In this document: positions 48,937-61,138 of the stretch, piece by piece
Position numbering within the stretch: position 1 is the stretch's first letter
How the letters are laid out: the number at the start of each line of letters is the position of its first letter
Program-made: the position numbers and the translations under genes
NCBI GenBank assembly: GCA_013239625.1
Contig: MU054212.1
Coordinates: forward strand, 558,001 to 622,000
Length of the DNA: 64,000 bases
Source of the DNA: Lama guanicoe
Lineage: Eukaryota
Direction of reading: 5' to 3'
Notes under the pieces: model-generated
Told to the model about the DNA's origin: nothing
The model's input: the letters and a program-made list of their open reading frames with translations, nothing else
Databases searched by the model: none

Positions 48937-50666
48937 AAGTGTTTTATAAAAATCCAGAATAGGGGTAAGACGCATGATTGGTGTTTTGAGGCTTTTGACA
49001 GCTGGGACAAACTGTCTTGAGCCAAGGTTGAAAGGCAGTGACTCACCATCGCCACGTCCTCAGGGCTGTTAGTGCAGAGTTTTCATTGTAACTTGTACTG
49101 ACTCGCTGGGACCACCTGTACGGAGGCACCTCACCGCGCTGCCACCTCGTAGCTGCAAGACAGTGGTGCCCACTGGGGTTCACCTGATTGAAGGAAGCCT
49201 GTGGCCCCTGTAAAAAGAGAATTAAAAGATTTTATTGTTTCTGTGTACCTGGATGTGTCTGTGTTGACACGGAAGTCTCACCAGTCACCCCTTGCCCTGC
49301 ATTACAGATCATCTGCCACTGGCCCCACCTCAATTTCACACACAGATTCGGAGCTTCTCACATCACCCCAGAGAGAGGGCAGCAGGGGAATCGAGTGTAC
49401 CTGGCTGTAGGCAGCAGAGCCTGAAAGAACCCGACAGTCACACAGGTTGGAGGAATTCACTGGGTGGCCGGGGAGAGAGCAAACGGGGCTCTCGCCTTCT
49501 CTGTAGTGGATGTGATGGAGTTTAGTCCGACATATCTTGCTAACACACTTCCTTGGCTGGATTCATCTCTTTGGCTCGATAGATCAATTCAGATTGAGGA
49601 GGCACCTACTGTTCTTGAGGTAAACTGGGAGGGAAACACAAAGTATTTACAACGTCTCCATCACCCAGATTACTGTGTGTCCTTAAGCTTCCTCTGCTGG
49701 TATCTGTCGCCTGCAGCTTCCTGGTGAGTGCCTGGCGGGTGGAAAGCCTTTCTGAGAAGTGGGGCCATTGGTATCTAGAAATTTCCTGCAGAGCTCCCCG
49801 CCATCTATCTTCCTCGAGTCTCCTGCCAAGCTCGGGGACATTCGATGGGTGACACAGGCCACCGGCCCAGATGTGGGGACGCCAGCATCCTGCATCCTTC
49901 CTGCATCTTAAAATCAGGCTGATGTTCTCGGGTTTGGGGCAGTTTGGTTTTTAGCCTTTATGAGGTGGACTTAAGAAACTGTGTCCATTTTTTTTTAAGA
50001 CTTACTGTAATTTAAAGGTCTGTTTTGACCTGTGGGTTCGTTAAGTGGGGAGTTTTACTGGTTTTAATTTAGTTGGGAGGGGGGCTGAGAATGAAAGATT
50101 TTGTCCAGAGGTTTCCTTTTCTCCTGTCCACAACATGAGCTTTCTAAAGGCAAAGTGTGAGGTGGACGCCGGGGGACTGCGGTCAGTCCTAGGGCCTCCC
50201 TGTTGCTTCCCCAGCCTTGGCCTTCGGCAAGGAGTGTCCGAGGCAGCCGAGCCTGTGTGGGAAGAAGGCAGCCCCTCGGCAGACTGTTCTAGAAGGCCCC
50301 GAGGGTCTGCCCTTCCACCCTCTACCGCAGCGGGCAGGTTCGGGCCCCTTGCGAGCCCCACCCCGCCCCGCCCAGGGCTGCCTGGACCCTCTGCAGCTCT
50401 CCCCGAGCACGGAGGTCTGGGAAGCCCAGCACAGCCACGGCTCTCCCAGACTGGCCTGGCGAACCTGACCGTGAAGTCGGCTTAGAGATAGAAACCAAAG
50501 GCATGGATGGTCTGGCGCAGCCACCCGGTCCCAGAGCAGTGGCCCACTGCGTGCCCTGCCCAGGAAGGGTCGGTCCCCCGCCCCCCCAGAGGCCTTGGGG
50601 TCTCAGCCCAGTGACATTTAGTAGAAGTCACTGCTTTCCCTTCTCCACCCCCCCATTCAAACCTTC

Positions 50667-50672
50667 ATTAAA
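50667..50672 (+). terminator. Probable CABLES1 distal polyadenylation signal (ATTAAA)
   Basis: ATTAAA followed ~28 nt later by gttttccttggctttctttttt (GU/U-rich). Confidence 0.55.
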
Positions 50673-52591
50673 GCAAGAAATCCACACCAAATGCCAAGCT
50701 GTTTTCCTTGGCTTTCTTTTTTCCTGATCAAATATTCCTCTATTCTTTCCATCCTTCACCCAGCAGGCCCACTGGGGGCCACCCCTTACTGTGCCACAGG
50801 CCCTGCCGTGCTGCTGCGGGAGCAGGGCGCTGGAGGTGCCTGTCCCTTCTCCCCCCGCAGCAGGCGGGACCGCTGACTGCCCCTGCTGCTCAAGCCCTTA
50901 TCTCCCCCGCAGACATTTCCGGCTCAGCGCTGACCGCCCGCCCTCCCCCTCCGCTCGCCCTGCCTGCTCCACAACTCATCGGCCCTGAAGCCTCGTCCCC
51001 CTTGCAGTCTGCAGATGCACAGGGGCAGGCTGGAACACAGCACATTTGAGCCAGGCAGTCTTGTGACCTGTGAGTTGTGTTCTTTGTCCAGTGATAGAAG
51101 AAACTCTTTAAGGAGAGAGGTTTGTGGGGGGTGCATCCCAGGGGCTCACCTCCACCAGGGACAGCCTGAGTTCATCTCCCAGGGGCTGTTGGGACCATTT
51201 AGTTAAGGACAGTGCTGGCCAGGTCACAGCAGGGCCAGGTCGAGTGCTGAGGGCCGGACAAGGGAAGAAACATCAAGACTCAATCTGGAGTCACATATTG
51301 TCAACGCCAACTTAAAAGCGGCTTCCAGGAGTGCAACTGCAAGGCAGAACGAGGCAAAAACCATAAAAGAAACATAGTAGTCGAAGGGAACGGTCCTCTT
51401 ACTGCCAAAGGAACCCAAAGCAGAATGCGGGGGTGCTGGCTCCGAGAGCCCCGCTGCGTCGAGGGCCATTCAGACTTCTAAATGTTCCAGAAAGCCTGCA
51501 AACATGAGGCTGGCTGAACCATGAAGACACACCTGGCGAGGATGGCGCTGGCCTCTAACTCGTCTCCCGCTACCATCGTCCTGCTCAGGGTGTGGTCTGA
51601 GGACTAGCAGATCAGCTAAGGGGCTTTGAAAAGTAAGCAGATGATCACAGTGAAGAATAATACAGCTGGGGAGGGGTGTGGTCCACCTGCACTGGACCCA
51701 TCTGTTCCTCATTGTGCGTGTGTGGCTTTTCGACGGTGGGGCAGAACGAGCACAAGTTCCCTTTGCCCCCCTGCTCTGCGTGTTCCTCGGCTGCTGTCCC
51801 TCCTGTCAGTGCGTGACTAGGAAATGCACGTTTGTTTTGCTCTAAGGCTAAGCCAAGGACACCTGGGCAGGCCGTCAGCTGGTGGGGAAGCTCACATCAC
51901 AGAGTGGATCCAAGGAATGGCTTAGGGATTAGGAGCTGTCTGAGGCTACGCGTGCCTCAGCCCCCAAACATCACGTGCAGAACTCAGGTCCTTGTCACAC
52001 GTGCCGAGAGGCACTTTCATGGTCATTAGCTGCCACTCTAGACCACAGGGTTCAAGAGGGCCAGAACGGCATCCACCACGTATCCCCAGGCACCCAGCAC
52101 AGTGCCTGGCACATGGGATTTACCAACTAAATACTGGTTGAGTCTCAGGAACCATCACAAAACCACCGCCGCCCTGGGCGGATTGTCCTGTTTGCAGCTC
52201 TGAATCAATTCTCTCCTCAGGTCTCACCCTACAGACCACACCTCGCAGGTGTCCTTGCTCGCTGGCTGCCAGCCAGCTTCTGCCAAGAAGCACTGAGAGG
52301 AAGTGGGAGTGGGATGGAAACCAGGTCCAGCCAAGTGTGGTCCACCGCCCAGTCCCCACCCATCCAAGGAGCCACTAGCCCCGGGGTCTCAACACCTCTT
52401 CTTAGTCCCTTAACCTGTCCACACCTCCACAAATAGTCCCCTCACTGCCCCTATCGCAGGAGACACACAGCCGGTTGGCAGAGCAGGACAGGGTGTCCCA
52501 TCAAGCATGGGCTGTCCGGGGCTGTCTGTGCATCCAAAGCATCCTGGGAAGCAAGAGGAATGGTCCCACGAGAGCATCAAGAATGAATGGA

Positions 52592-52726
52592 GGATGGGAG
52601 GGTAGAGCTTAGTCGTAGAGTGCATGCTTAGGGTCCTGGGTTCAATCCCCAGTACCTCCATTAATAAACAAACAAACAAACAAACAAACCTAACCTCCCC
52701 TCAAACCCCCCCAAAAACCAACAAAA
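52592..52726 (+). mobile_element. tRNA-derived camelid SINE (Vic-1-like) with (CAAA)n tail and a perfect 13-bp TSD
   Basis: gggagggtagagcttagtcgtagagtgcatgcttagggtcctgggttcaatccccagtacctcc. AAGAATGAATGGA at 52579-52591 and 52727-52739. Short internal deletion relative to the other two copies. Confidence 0.9.
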
Positions 52727-55700
52727 AAGAATGAATGGAAAAAGTCAAGATCACATACCCTTTAAAAAAAAAAAAAGGCAGTTTGGTGACAATGAACCTG
52801 ATCCTGAGGCAGCCCGCCCTGCCTACAGGTCCTTCCCTCAAAACCTCGGAGTTCTTGGTTGTTTCTCTAACGAGACGACTGAAATGAAAATTCAGTGGGT
52901 CCATGCGGGAGGCTGAGGGCAGCTTCTGCCAGAACTGCTCACTATACATTTTTTTTTAACCCTGGCTTTAAAAAAAGGAAGCAGATCACCCTGCAGGCAT
53001 ATCTGTGAGTCCCTGGTGAAACCTATAGCCTGCTTTATGAGATTCAAAACCAGATATAATTCTTTTCCTAAGGCAGCTGCCTCCTCCCATGAGCCCTGTG
53101 CCACAGGGCAGCTGGCTGCTGGAGCCCTGGGGTGCAACAGGGGATGCAGCTGATCCCCTCAGAGGACTGGGGTGTAGAGTGGGTGAGGGCTCCCTAGAAA
53201 TCCAGAGGAAATGGGACAGGCTCTGTGGAGGACGAGGAGGGGCGGTCGGAGCTGCAATGCAGAGGCAGCAAGAACCTACCTGCCTGGGACCACCTGCAGG
53301 AGAGGAGAGGGTGGTGGGAGGCCAGAGCCAGGTGGATGTGAGGGAGGGACAGGGGTGCAGGGACCCAGCTCTTGAACTATCTTTACCTGGTGGAGGCGGG
53401 CAGGTGGTCACCTCTTGGAAGGGGATCACTGTAAGGAGTTGGGAGAGGCCTGTTAATACCTGGAAATCCTACTTCACCCTGACTTCCAGACACTCTCCCA
53501 CCTCCCTCCCCTTTCCCTCACAAGGTCACTTTCCTGCAGGCTTTTTTGGGGGAAAGGTAAGGACACAAGGGGCCTGAAGCCAGCACCCTACCCACTGAGC
53601 GTCACACAATGACGGGGGCGCAGAGACATTTCCAAGGAAGGGCTTTCTGGTCAATGAACCCCCCAAGTAGCGCCAGCCAGCGTTGCATCTGCCTCTGAAT
53701 TGTTTGCATCCGGGAATTCCAGGCCCCACCCACCAGCCTGGCCCTAGTGGGACTGGCCCCGCCCTGGGCTGCGGAGCTCAAGGTGAGAGGCTGGGAAGGG
53801 CTGGGACTCCCTGTCCTTGTCTGTGATGGGACCCTAGACGTGAGGAGTTTGGGTATCAGAAGGCTCGGAGAGATGACAGGGAAGTGGCTTTCTGCAGTGA
53901 TCCGCCCAGGGCCCTGATTCCACTTCCTGCTCCCAGCCGGTCTCTGGTTCCAGCCAGAAGTCTCCTCCTGATTCCTGTGGCATTTCGCTCGTTCACTCAC
54001 CCCTACCCATCCCCAGGGAGTCACTGTGGCTCTCTTCTTGTCCCCACTGTTGGGCAGACACTGGCACTGACTGCCCCTCGGGGACCCAGGACCTGGGAGA
54101 GACGGCAAATGGGCTCTGGGTGCCTTGCTGCTCCTTAAACCCAAATTACCCCCAGGTGCTGACCCCACGAACTCGACGAGATTGCAAGGCCCCGGTGGCA
54201 TCCAGGCTTGGGTGATGTGAGGTCAGCTACTGCCACGAAGAGGGAGTTCCACGCCCACCAAACTCACCTGGACAGCTGTCCCCGCAGGAGGCCCTTGGAG
54301 GATGCTCTCCGCATGGGCCACTTCTCTCCCTCTAAATGATGCCCGAGGGGCCACGTGAGATGAGGCCTGCAAAGAGCCCTCAGATTTAAACACGAAAACA
54401 TCACTGAGGCCCTTAATGAGCGCTGCTTCCCCAGGTGCCTGGAGTCAGGTTGCGGGCTAAGGGATCAGGAGGAGGTGAGGAAACGGCATCAGCAAGCGGA
54501 GACTTTTTCCTTTAAGAAGCGTCGTGTGACCGGGAGGAAAGAAAGGGCTAGAGCAGAAGCTGGAGGCTGAGAACCAAACCCTCTCACCCCCACACTGGGA
54601 CAGAGGGAACTGAAACCACACCTTCCTGCCCGCATTCACAGGACGCTGCTCTTACACCGTCTGCATTATCACTTCTCTACCCTTTGGGGACTGTCCTCCT
54701 GGGCAAATAGTACGATTGTTTACTAGAAACTTCCCCCAAGACAACTTTTCCATGGAAAGCACCTCCAGGTGGTGCCTGAAGAGCCTTTGAGTCCCTCACC
54801 TCGCCGTCTCCGCCGATGTGGGACCGTGGTAGCCTGACTGTTACCCAATCCTAAGTCCCACCCTGAGTTACCCACCTCACACGCAAATTCTGCTTCTTGG
54901 TAAAGTTCTGACCTTGTCTTTCCAGCTCCGAAAACCGGGCGCTGCTGTTCTCCCGTCCGTGCCGGGGCAAGTGGCGGGGCCCTCGGCTTTGTCTTATCGC
55001 TGGGTGTGCTGGGGACATTTGAGGAGCCAGCTTATGACAATGTGGCTGAAGAAAGAAGGGTGTTTAAAGCCAGTTGACAGGGAAAAGTCAAACAACCGAG
55101 AGAGGTCAGGTCAGGTTACTGAGGAGGCAAGAGGGCCTGGAATCAGAACGAGCAGAGGCAGCGGGATTACTGCTGAGCTGCAGAGGAGGTTCTTCTCAAC
55201 TGTGAACAGCGTGGAAGAGAAGTGCCCACATGAGCAGGTTTGTCCGGATGAGATTGGGAAAACGACAGTTCTCACCTGACAGCTTCTATTTTCCCTTTAA
55301 AAGGGTGAAAAGTGGGGAGGGGTTGGAAGAGAGTGAAAAGTGTTTGGAATAGTTCTCATGGAGGTGAGGGAAGTGAACCAGCCTGAGAAGCCGTCCTTGG
55401 ACATGTAAGTGCTAAGAGATTTTAAAGTCACTTTAGCTCACTGTCACATTCCATTTCCTCGGACACCCCAAGGCTGCCACAGACAGCCAACCCTAGGGAA
55501 AGTCCTGGATGATGAGAAGGAGCAACAGTAACATTTATGGCTTCTGATGTGCTGGGCGCCAAGATAAGTATCTCACATTTGTAGATGGTCTCTACATGGT
55601 ATACATACGTGCATATGTACATATGTGTGTGGTGCGCGCACACACACACACATCACGTACGTACATACGTAACTTCTTCCCATTTAGGTATTTCCACAAA

Positions 55701-57084
55701 CCTATGAGGGGATGAAATTACCTTTCCCATCTTAAAGACAGGAGAATTGGGGCTCAGCGGGATTCAGTTCCTCAACTCCAGCCCAGAACCACCTGCCCAG
55801 GTGGCTGCTGACCCCAACAGAGGCAGCCGTGGACCTGCCTGACCAAGGGGGCTGGAAAGACCACAGAGGTAAGGGAGGTGGAGAACTCTTAATAATGAAG
55901 AATCAGCTTCAGAACGAAAGCAAAGAATGAAAATAAATTCTGTGCCTGTCTGGTGCTCCCGCTGGAGGCAAAGTTGACCAAAGGGAACTTGAGAGTCCCC
56001 GGCGGGGGGGCGGGGGGCACAGAACAAGTCAACAGTCCATCCCCCTCCCTGCCCCTTCTCTTCCCTCTTCCCTCACCCCCTCAGGTATTCACAGGCTCTC
56101 AAGTCTCTTGGGGCCATCTCCCTACCTCAAGCACCATCACTGAGCCCACCCATGGGCCCCCAGGTGCTGTCCTCAATGTGCCAAAGGCCTGTGTTTTCAA
56201 GGAAGTGCGAGAAAACCCCTCCCTCCCTCTCAGGGTCACCTTTGATCCCACCGCTCGGGGCCCCCGGATCTAGAATGCATCTTGTTTGATTTATGCCTCA
56301 GAAAGCCCTCTCACCACAGGCCTTAGACACACGAGTCCCTGAGGGAGGTGTGCGTGAGTGCATCTGTGTGTGTGAGCCAGGGTGCGAAAGAGCACGTGTG
56401 AATGAATGTGTGCATGTGTGAGGGTGTGTAGGGTGTGCAGGGTTTGCAGGGTGCAGGGAGGAGCAGCAGAGGGTGGAAACTTAACAACATTATGTATTTT
56501 CCTCATGACCCCTTTTACCTCACTGACTCACACAGACAGGCTGCCCACAGACCTCAGGCTGCACCGGGTTGTTCTGGCCCCACAGGACCGGTCTGGTTCC
56601 AACTCACCTTAAGCCAGGGCCTCTGCTGTTGAGGCAATATTCACTTGTCCAGCTTCTGACCTAAAACTGGGCGGGCACCTTGGGGCTGCTCCAGGAATGT
56701 GGACCCTGCCCTCTGCGGGTCAGTGAGACAAACCTGAGGCCCACGGTGACCTCGATGCACTATGGCTTCCCCGTCCGACCAGAGCACGAGCTGGGGTGCA
56801 GGGTGAGAACAGCTGGACTCAAGGCAGGAAGGATAATGCAGGGGCGGGTTGTCCTCACAGGCCCTGTTCTGTTCGATCAGGAGGAGTGATTTGTTTGTTT
56901 TGTTTGGGAATCTGATGGGGACAGGGACACCCACGCCCCAAGGCCAAGGTCACGCAGCCCAACTCTTGGAGGTCAAGGCAAGGAGGATGGGCATTTTTTC
57001 AAAAGTGCCCACCTTGGTGGGCTGCTTTTCAGATGTCTGAAAACAAGACTTTTGGTAAGAATAAAGGCCTGAGAGACAGAGACA

Positions 57085-57433
57085 TACAAATACATGATTC
57101 TACTTACATGGGGTCCCTACAGTAGGCCAATCCATAGACACAGCAGGTGGAATGGAGGTTACCCAGGGCCAGGGGCTGGGAGGCGGGGGAATAGAGAGCA
57201 GGGAGGTCTTATTTAATGGAAGCTGAATTTCTACTTGGGATAATTAAAAAGTTCTGGAAATGGACAGTGGGGATGGTTGTACACACTGTGAAGGTACTTC
57301 ATGCCACTGAATTGTGCACTTAAAATGGTTAAAAATGATAAATGTCATCTCATGTATCTTTCAAATAATAAAATTTTAATTAAAAAATAAATTTTAAAAA
57401 TTTAAAAATAAATTTTATAAATAAAAAAATAAT
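57085..57433 (+). mobile_element. L1MB-like 3' end with AT-rich tail
   Basis: aaagttctggaaatggacagtggggatggttgtacac...gccactgaattgtgcacttaaaatggttaaaa. Confidence 0.85.
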
Positions 57434-57929
57434 ACAGGGCTGAGGAGGCAAGAGCAGCTGCGGGGGAAGGCAGCAGGCCTGGGGCGGGATGGGGCCCGAG
57501 GCTGGGGGGAGAACGCTGGAGGCGGGGCTCCGGCACACAGCGTCAGTGCTGCTCCAGTTGCAGAGTTCCTCCCCTGCTATTCACAGCTCAGTCCCAATGT
57601 GTGCACTTGAAGGGATTTGAAATATAGGACTTGACTGTTTCCCAGCTGGCAGGTCCTACCAGGGCAGCTCCGGTCCTAGCCGGTCCCTTCCTGCCCAAAG
57701 CACCGTCCACCCTCCCTTCTCTGTTGCTCCCTGGTGACTGCAGGACCCACACGGTCAGCTGCAGCTCTGTTCCCTCCTTTCCCAGAGTGGCAGCCGAAGA
57801 CGCAGGGCTGTCTCTCACTAATGCTATGGGAATCATAAAACCCTGCAGGACCCCAAGTGCTCAGGACAGGGGGTCTTTCAAAAGGTCCTTCTGCTCTGCT
57901 TTTCCTCCCATTTCTTCTCTTCTGTACCC

Positions 57930-58620
57930 ATCAGCTATTGATACAATATTGCTGCACATCAAGTCACCCCAAATCGTAGTAGTATAAACTAACAGACATC
58001 CATTATTTCTCAAGAGCCTCGGGGTCGTCTGGCCCGAACCTAGTTCCCCTGAACCCGAGCAGGCTCGTTTATGTGACTGCCGTCAGCTGAGGGCAACTGC
58101 CCCGGGATGGCCCCAGCTGGGAGGACTTAGTGCTGTTCTATGAGGTCTCTCACCCTCCAGCAGGCTAGTCGGGGCTTGTTCTCATGCTGGAAGTGGTCAA
58201 AGAAAACAGGCATCAGGCAAGGAAAACCACGCCAGACTATTGCACTAGAGGTCAAGACAACTGTAGGAGGAGGCAGAGATTGAAGGCTACTCTGAATATA
58301 ACAGGCAGCTGGGGATTTATAGCCAATGGGCAGGGCGAGGGGGTCAGTGGATGGAAAATTACCAAGAGGAACTTGGTTAGGTATCAAGGGTGGGGGGGAT
58401 TCTTGCTAAACTGGCTTGGCGGGATTCTTGCTGAACTGGTCAAGAAGAGGGCTCAGAAGAGAAGCCTGGAACACAAGTGGAAGTGTCCAAGGCTTCTTAA
58501 GGCCTTAGCTCAAAATTGGCAGGGTCACTTCCACTGTGTTCATTAGCCAGAGCACGTCACAAGGCTGGCGCAGGTCCAAGCAGTGGGGAAATGGCTCCAT
58601 CCCACTGCAAATGGCCTGGG
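57930..58620 (-). mobile_element. MaLR (MLT1-type) LTR with a nested ERVL-like LTR fragment (~58250-58450)
   Basis: tcagctattg...; gcaggctagtcggggcttgttctcatg; ttaaggccttagctcaaaattggcagggtcacttccac. Insert: gatttatagccaat...gtcagtggatggaaaattac. Confidence 0.55.
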
Positions 58621-59569
58621 CACTGGGAAGTGTGGGACATTGAGGCCACCTTTGCTACTCTCTTCATGGGAAGACCCTCTTCCGCTGACCAGGACCATCA
58701 AGTAAAGTGTGAAGTCCTGCATGCTCCCTGTGTCCTGACTTAGCTGGTAACCTGGCTGAGCATGAAGGCTTACCTGCACTTGAACAGAAGGACCAGAAGA
58801 TGCCAGAACTGGAACCCAGGTAACCTAGTGACTCAGTACGGATGAGGGTGTCACGGCTGGGGCCAGGACCTGGATACAGCAGTTCACAATGATGCTCTTT
58901 GGCTCTGCCTCCTGGTCCACGTCCTACCTGTGTGCATGAATCTGTTCTGCCAGAGGGCAAACCCTCAAAAGGCCATGTTTGTTCTCTCCTTCTTCCCAGG
59001 AGAGAGTGCTTTACCTAGAGAACATGTGATAAGCCATCAACACACACAATTATAATGATAGGTTTAACTCCACTGGACCTTCAAGACCCCCAGGGAGACA
59101 GGACAGTTCTGGAAGCTGAAAGCTTAAAGTAGTTCTGCCCTGCTGGATAGTGGTGACCACACCTCCTCTGCCCTGTCCAACTGCACCACAAATGGGGCAC
59201 CCAGACCCTTGGTTTCCCAGAGCACAGCCAACACCAGGCTGTCTTGCGTAACAGACTTTACTGAAGGCCTGAGGATCACAGAGGGCACCGGCTGGAAAAT
59301 GAACCTTAAAGTGGCCACCAAGTTCTAGAAAAGTATGGAACTTCCACTCCTGCTGCCTCTCTCTGGAGCTCCCTTACCCACTTCCAGGTGCTGGGGGTCC
59401 CCTCTTTCCACCCCCAGATTTCCCCTGCCCCATGCTCAGGACTCCTGCCCCACCCCCAGACACAGATGTGGCTGTCAACATCTCTCTCCTTTGCTTCTTC
59501 CCTGGGTCCAGTATACACAAACAGGTCTGGTTAACAATGACCAACCGAGACATCATGGAAGTCAAATGC

Positions 59570-59845
59570 ATCCAAATTTTCTAGTAGCCCAATTTTAAAA
59601 AGGCAGAAAGAAACAGGAGAAATTAATTTTGATCATATATTTTATATAACCCCATATATCAAAAATATTATTTCACATGCAATCAATGAATACAAAATGA
59701 TTATGAGATTATTTTACATCCTCTTTTTTTATACTAAGTCTTCGAAATCAGTGTGTGCTTAGACTTCCAGCACATCTGGATTTGGGCACACCCCCTCTCA
59801 GGGCTCTACAGCCACATATGGGACACCCGACAGGACAGGGCAGGT
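59570..59845 (+). mobile_element. MER33-like hAT-Charlie DNA transposon
   Basis: aaattttctagtagcc...aagaaacaggagaaattaatttt...atactaagtcttcgaaatc...cagcacatct. Confidence 0.75.
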
Positions 59846-60025
59846 CTAGAAGGAGTTGCATGGCCCTCCCCATGCAGAGCAAAGTGGCCTGGAGGCTGGT
59901 AGATGTCTGGGCCTGTGTTTAAGGTGCAAGAACTCACTCCCCGAGGCTAACAACCTCTTCTGCACAACTCTCCTGTCCAGGTCAAAGAGAAGAGAAAGAA
60001 AGGCAAACTACCAAAAAAAAAATGG

Positions 60026-60031
60026 TTTATT
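60026..60031 (-). terminator. Probable TMEM241 polyadenylation signal (AATAAA)
   Basis: tttatt on the + strand. The minus-strand downstream sequence is U/GU-rich (tttttttttggtagtttgcctttctttctc). Confidence 0.55.
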
Positions 60032-61083
60032 TTCCCTTCTATCCACAGCAGACTGGTAACCATACCCAATCACACAGAGCCTTGCCTCTCTTGACAGAAA
60101 GCATATTCTTTATTTGGACAAATGAAAAACCAAAACACCCTGGGTTTCGCTTGGGGCCAGCAAGGACATGACCCAGACAGGACATGAGCAAACGGATCAT
60201 TTCGGGTAAAAGGGAGTGCTGGGGTTACCTGGAGATTCACCACCTGGGGGCCAGGGCCCAGAGAGCCACAGAAAATGAGAGCTCAGGAGACTGCAGTCAT
60301 CTGGACCAGCCCCTTGAGTTACAGAGCCCTGGGCTCACCCTGTGTTCAGAGTTGAGCACATGAACTTGGGCATAAAAGATAGTGGTTAAAGCTTCAAGCA
60401 AAAAGCCCAATAAGAAATGGAAGGTGAGGGAAACAGGATGCTACATTGAAGAAACACCTTATCCTCTGCCTCTTGCTGGTGTCAAAGTAAAAAGACCTGA
60501 AAGTTTAAGAACAATGGGCCTCTAGAATGCAGTTTAAAAAAAATCACCCAAACAAAAACAAAAATCTTTGCTAGAGATTCTCTTTTTGAAAAAAGGTCTA
60601 ACACTTTTGCAAAAGTTTTTGAGGTCAGTCCTGCTGGGAACACCAGACCGGACTTGTTAACTGTGCATGGCTCTTTCCAGCCTTAGGAATCTCCATTTGC
60701 TTGAATGACACTTGGAAAGACAGGTGTAAGATGACATTTGGTCAGATGCCACTTTCCACAAATGGAAAACTGGCCTCAGTTGTACAGAGAGGTTTGTGGG
60801 GGCAAAAGAAGGAAAATTCTAAACCCAGATTTTCTATCTGATCCTCAGTAGAAAGTTTGACATCTCAGATTAAGAGCAAAATGAAACTATATATATATAC
60901 GTGCAAAGGTCACTCTGAACATCTTTACCTTAAATGACAAGCAGAGACCAGGAGAAGACAAGGACATGAATTTAAGGTACTCAAGAGCCAATCATACTAT
61001 TCCATTCCTATTCGCTTTGTTTTGTTCCTTTTTCCAACAACTTGGAGGAAACATGCAGGAAGAATGGCCTGACTGAGCTGACC

Positions 61084-61138
61084 TCCCGGGTTTAGGAGCC
61101 CTTCCGCTCTGAGAAAACCAGCAAGGCCTCTCTCAGTC
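61084..61138 (-). repeat. Short duplicate of the TMEM241 coding end (EALLVFSERKGS*) within its 3' UTR
   Basis: 61092-61132 matches 62273-62313 at 40 of 41 nt, with weaker similarity a few nt further on each side. Confidence 0.9.

Larger units (their letters stand above)
47999..50690 (+). other. CABLES1: CABLES1 3' UTR (end approximate)
   Basis: Follows the stop codon and is largely free of interspersed repeats. Ends near an ATTAAA with a T-rich downstream element. Confidence 0.6.
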
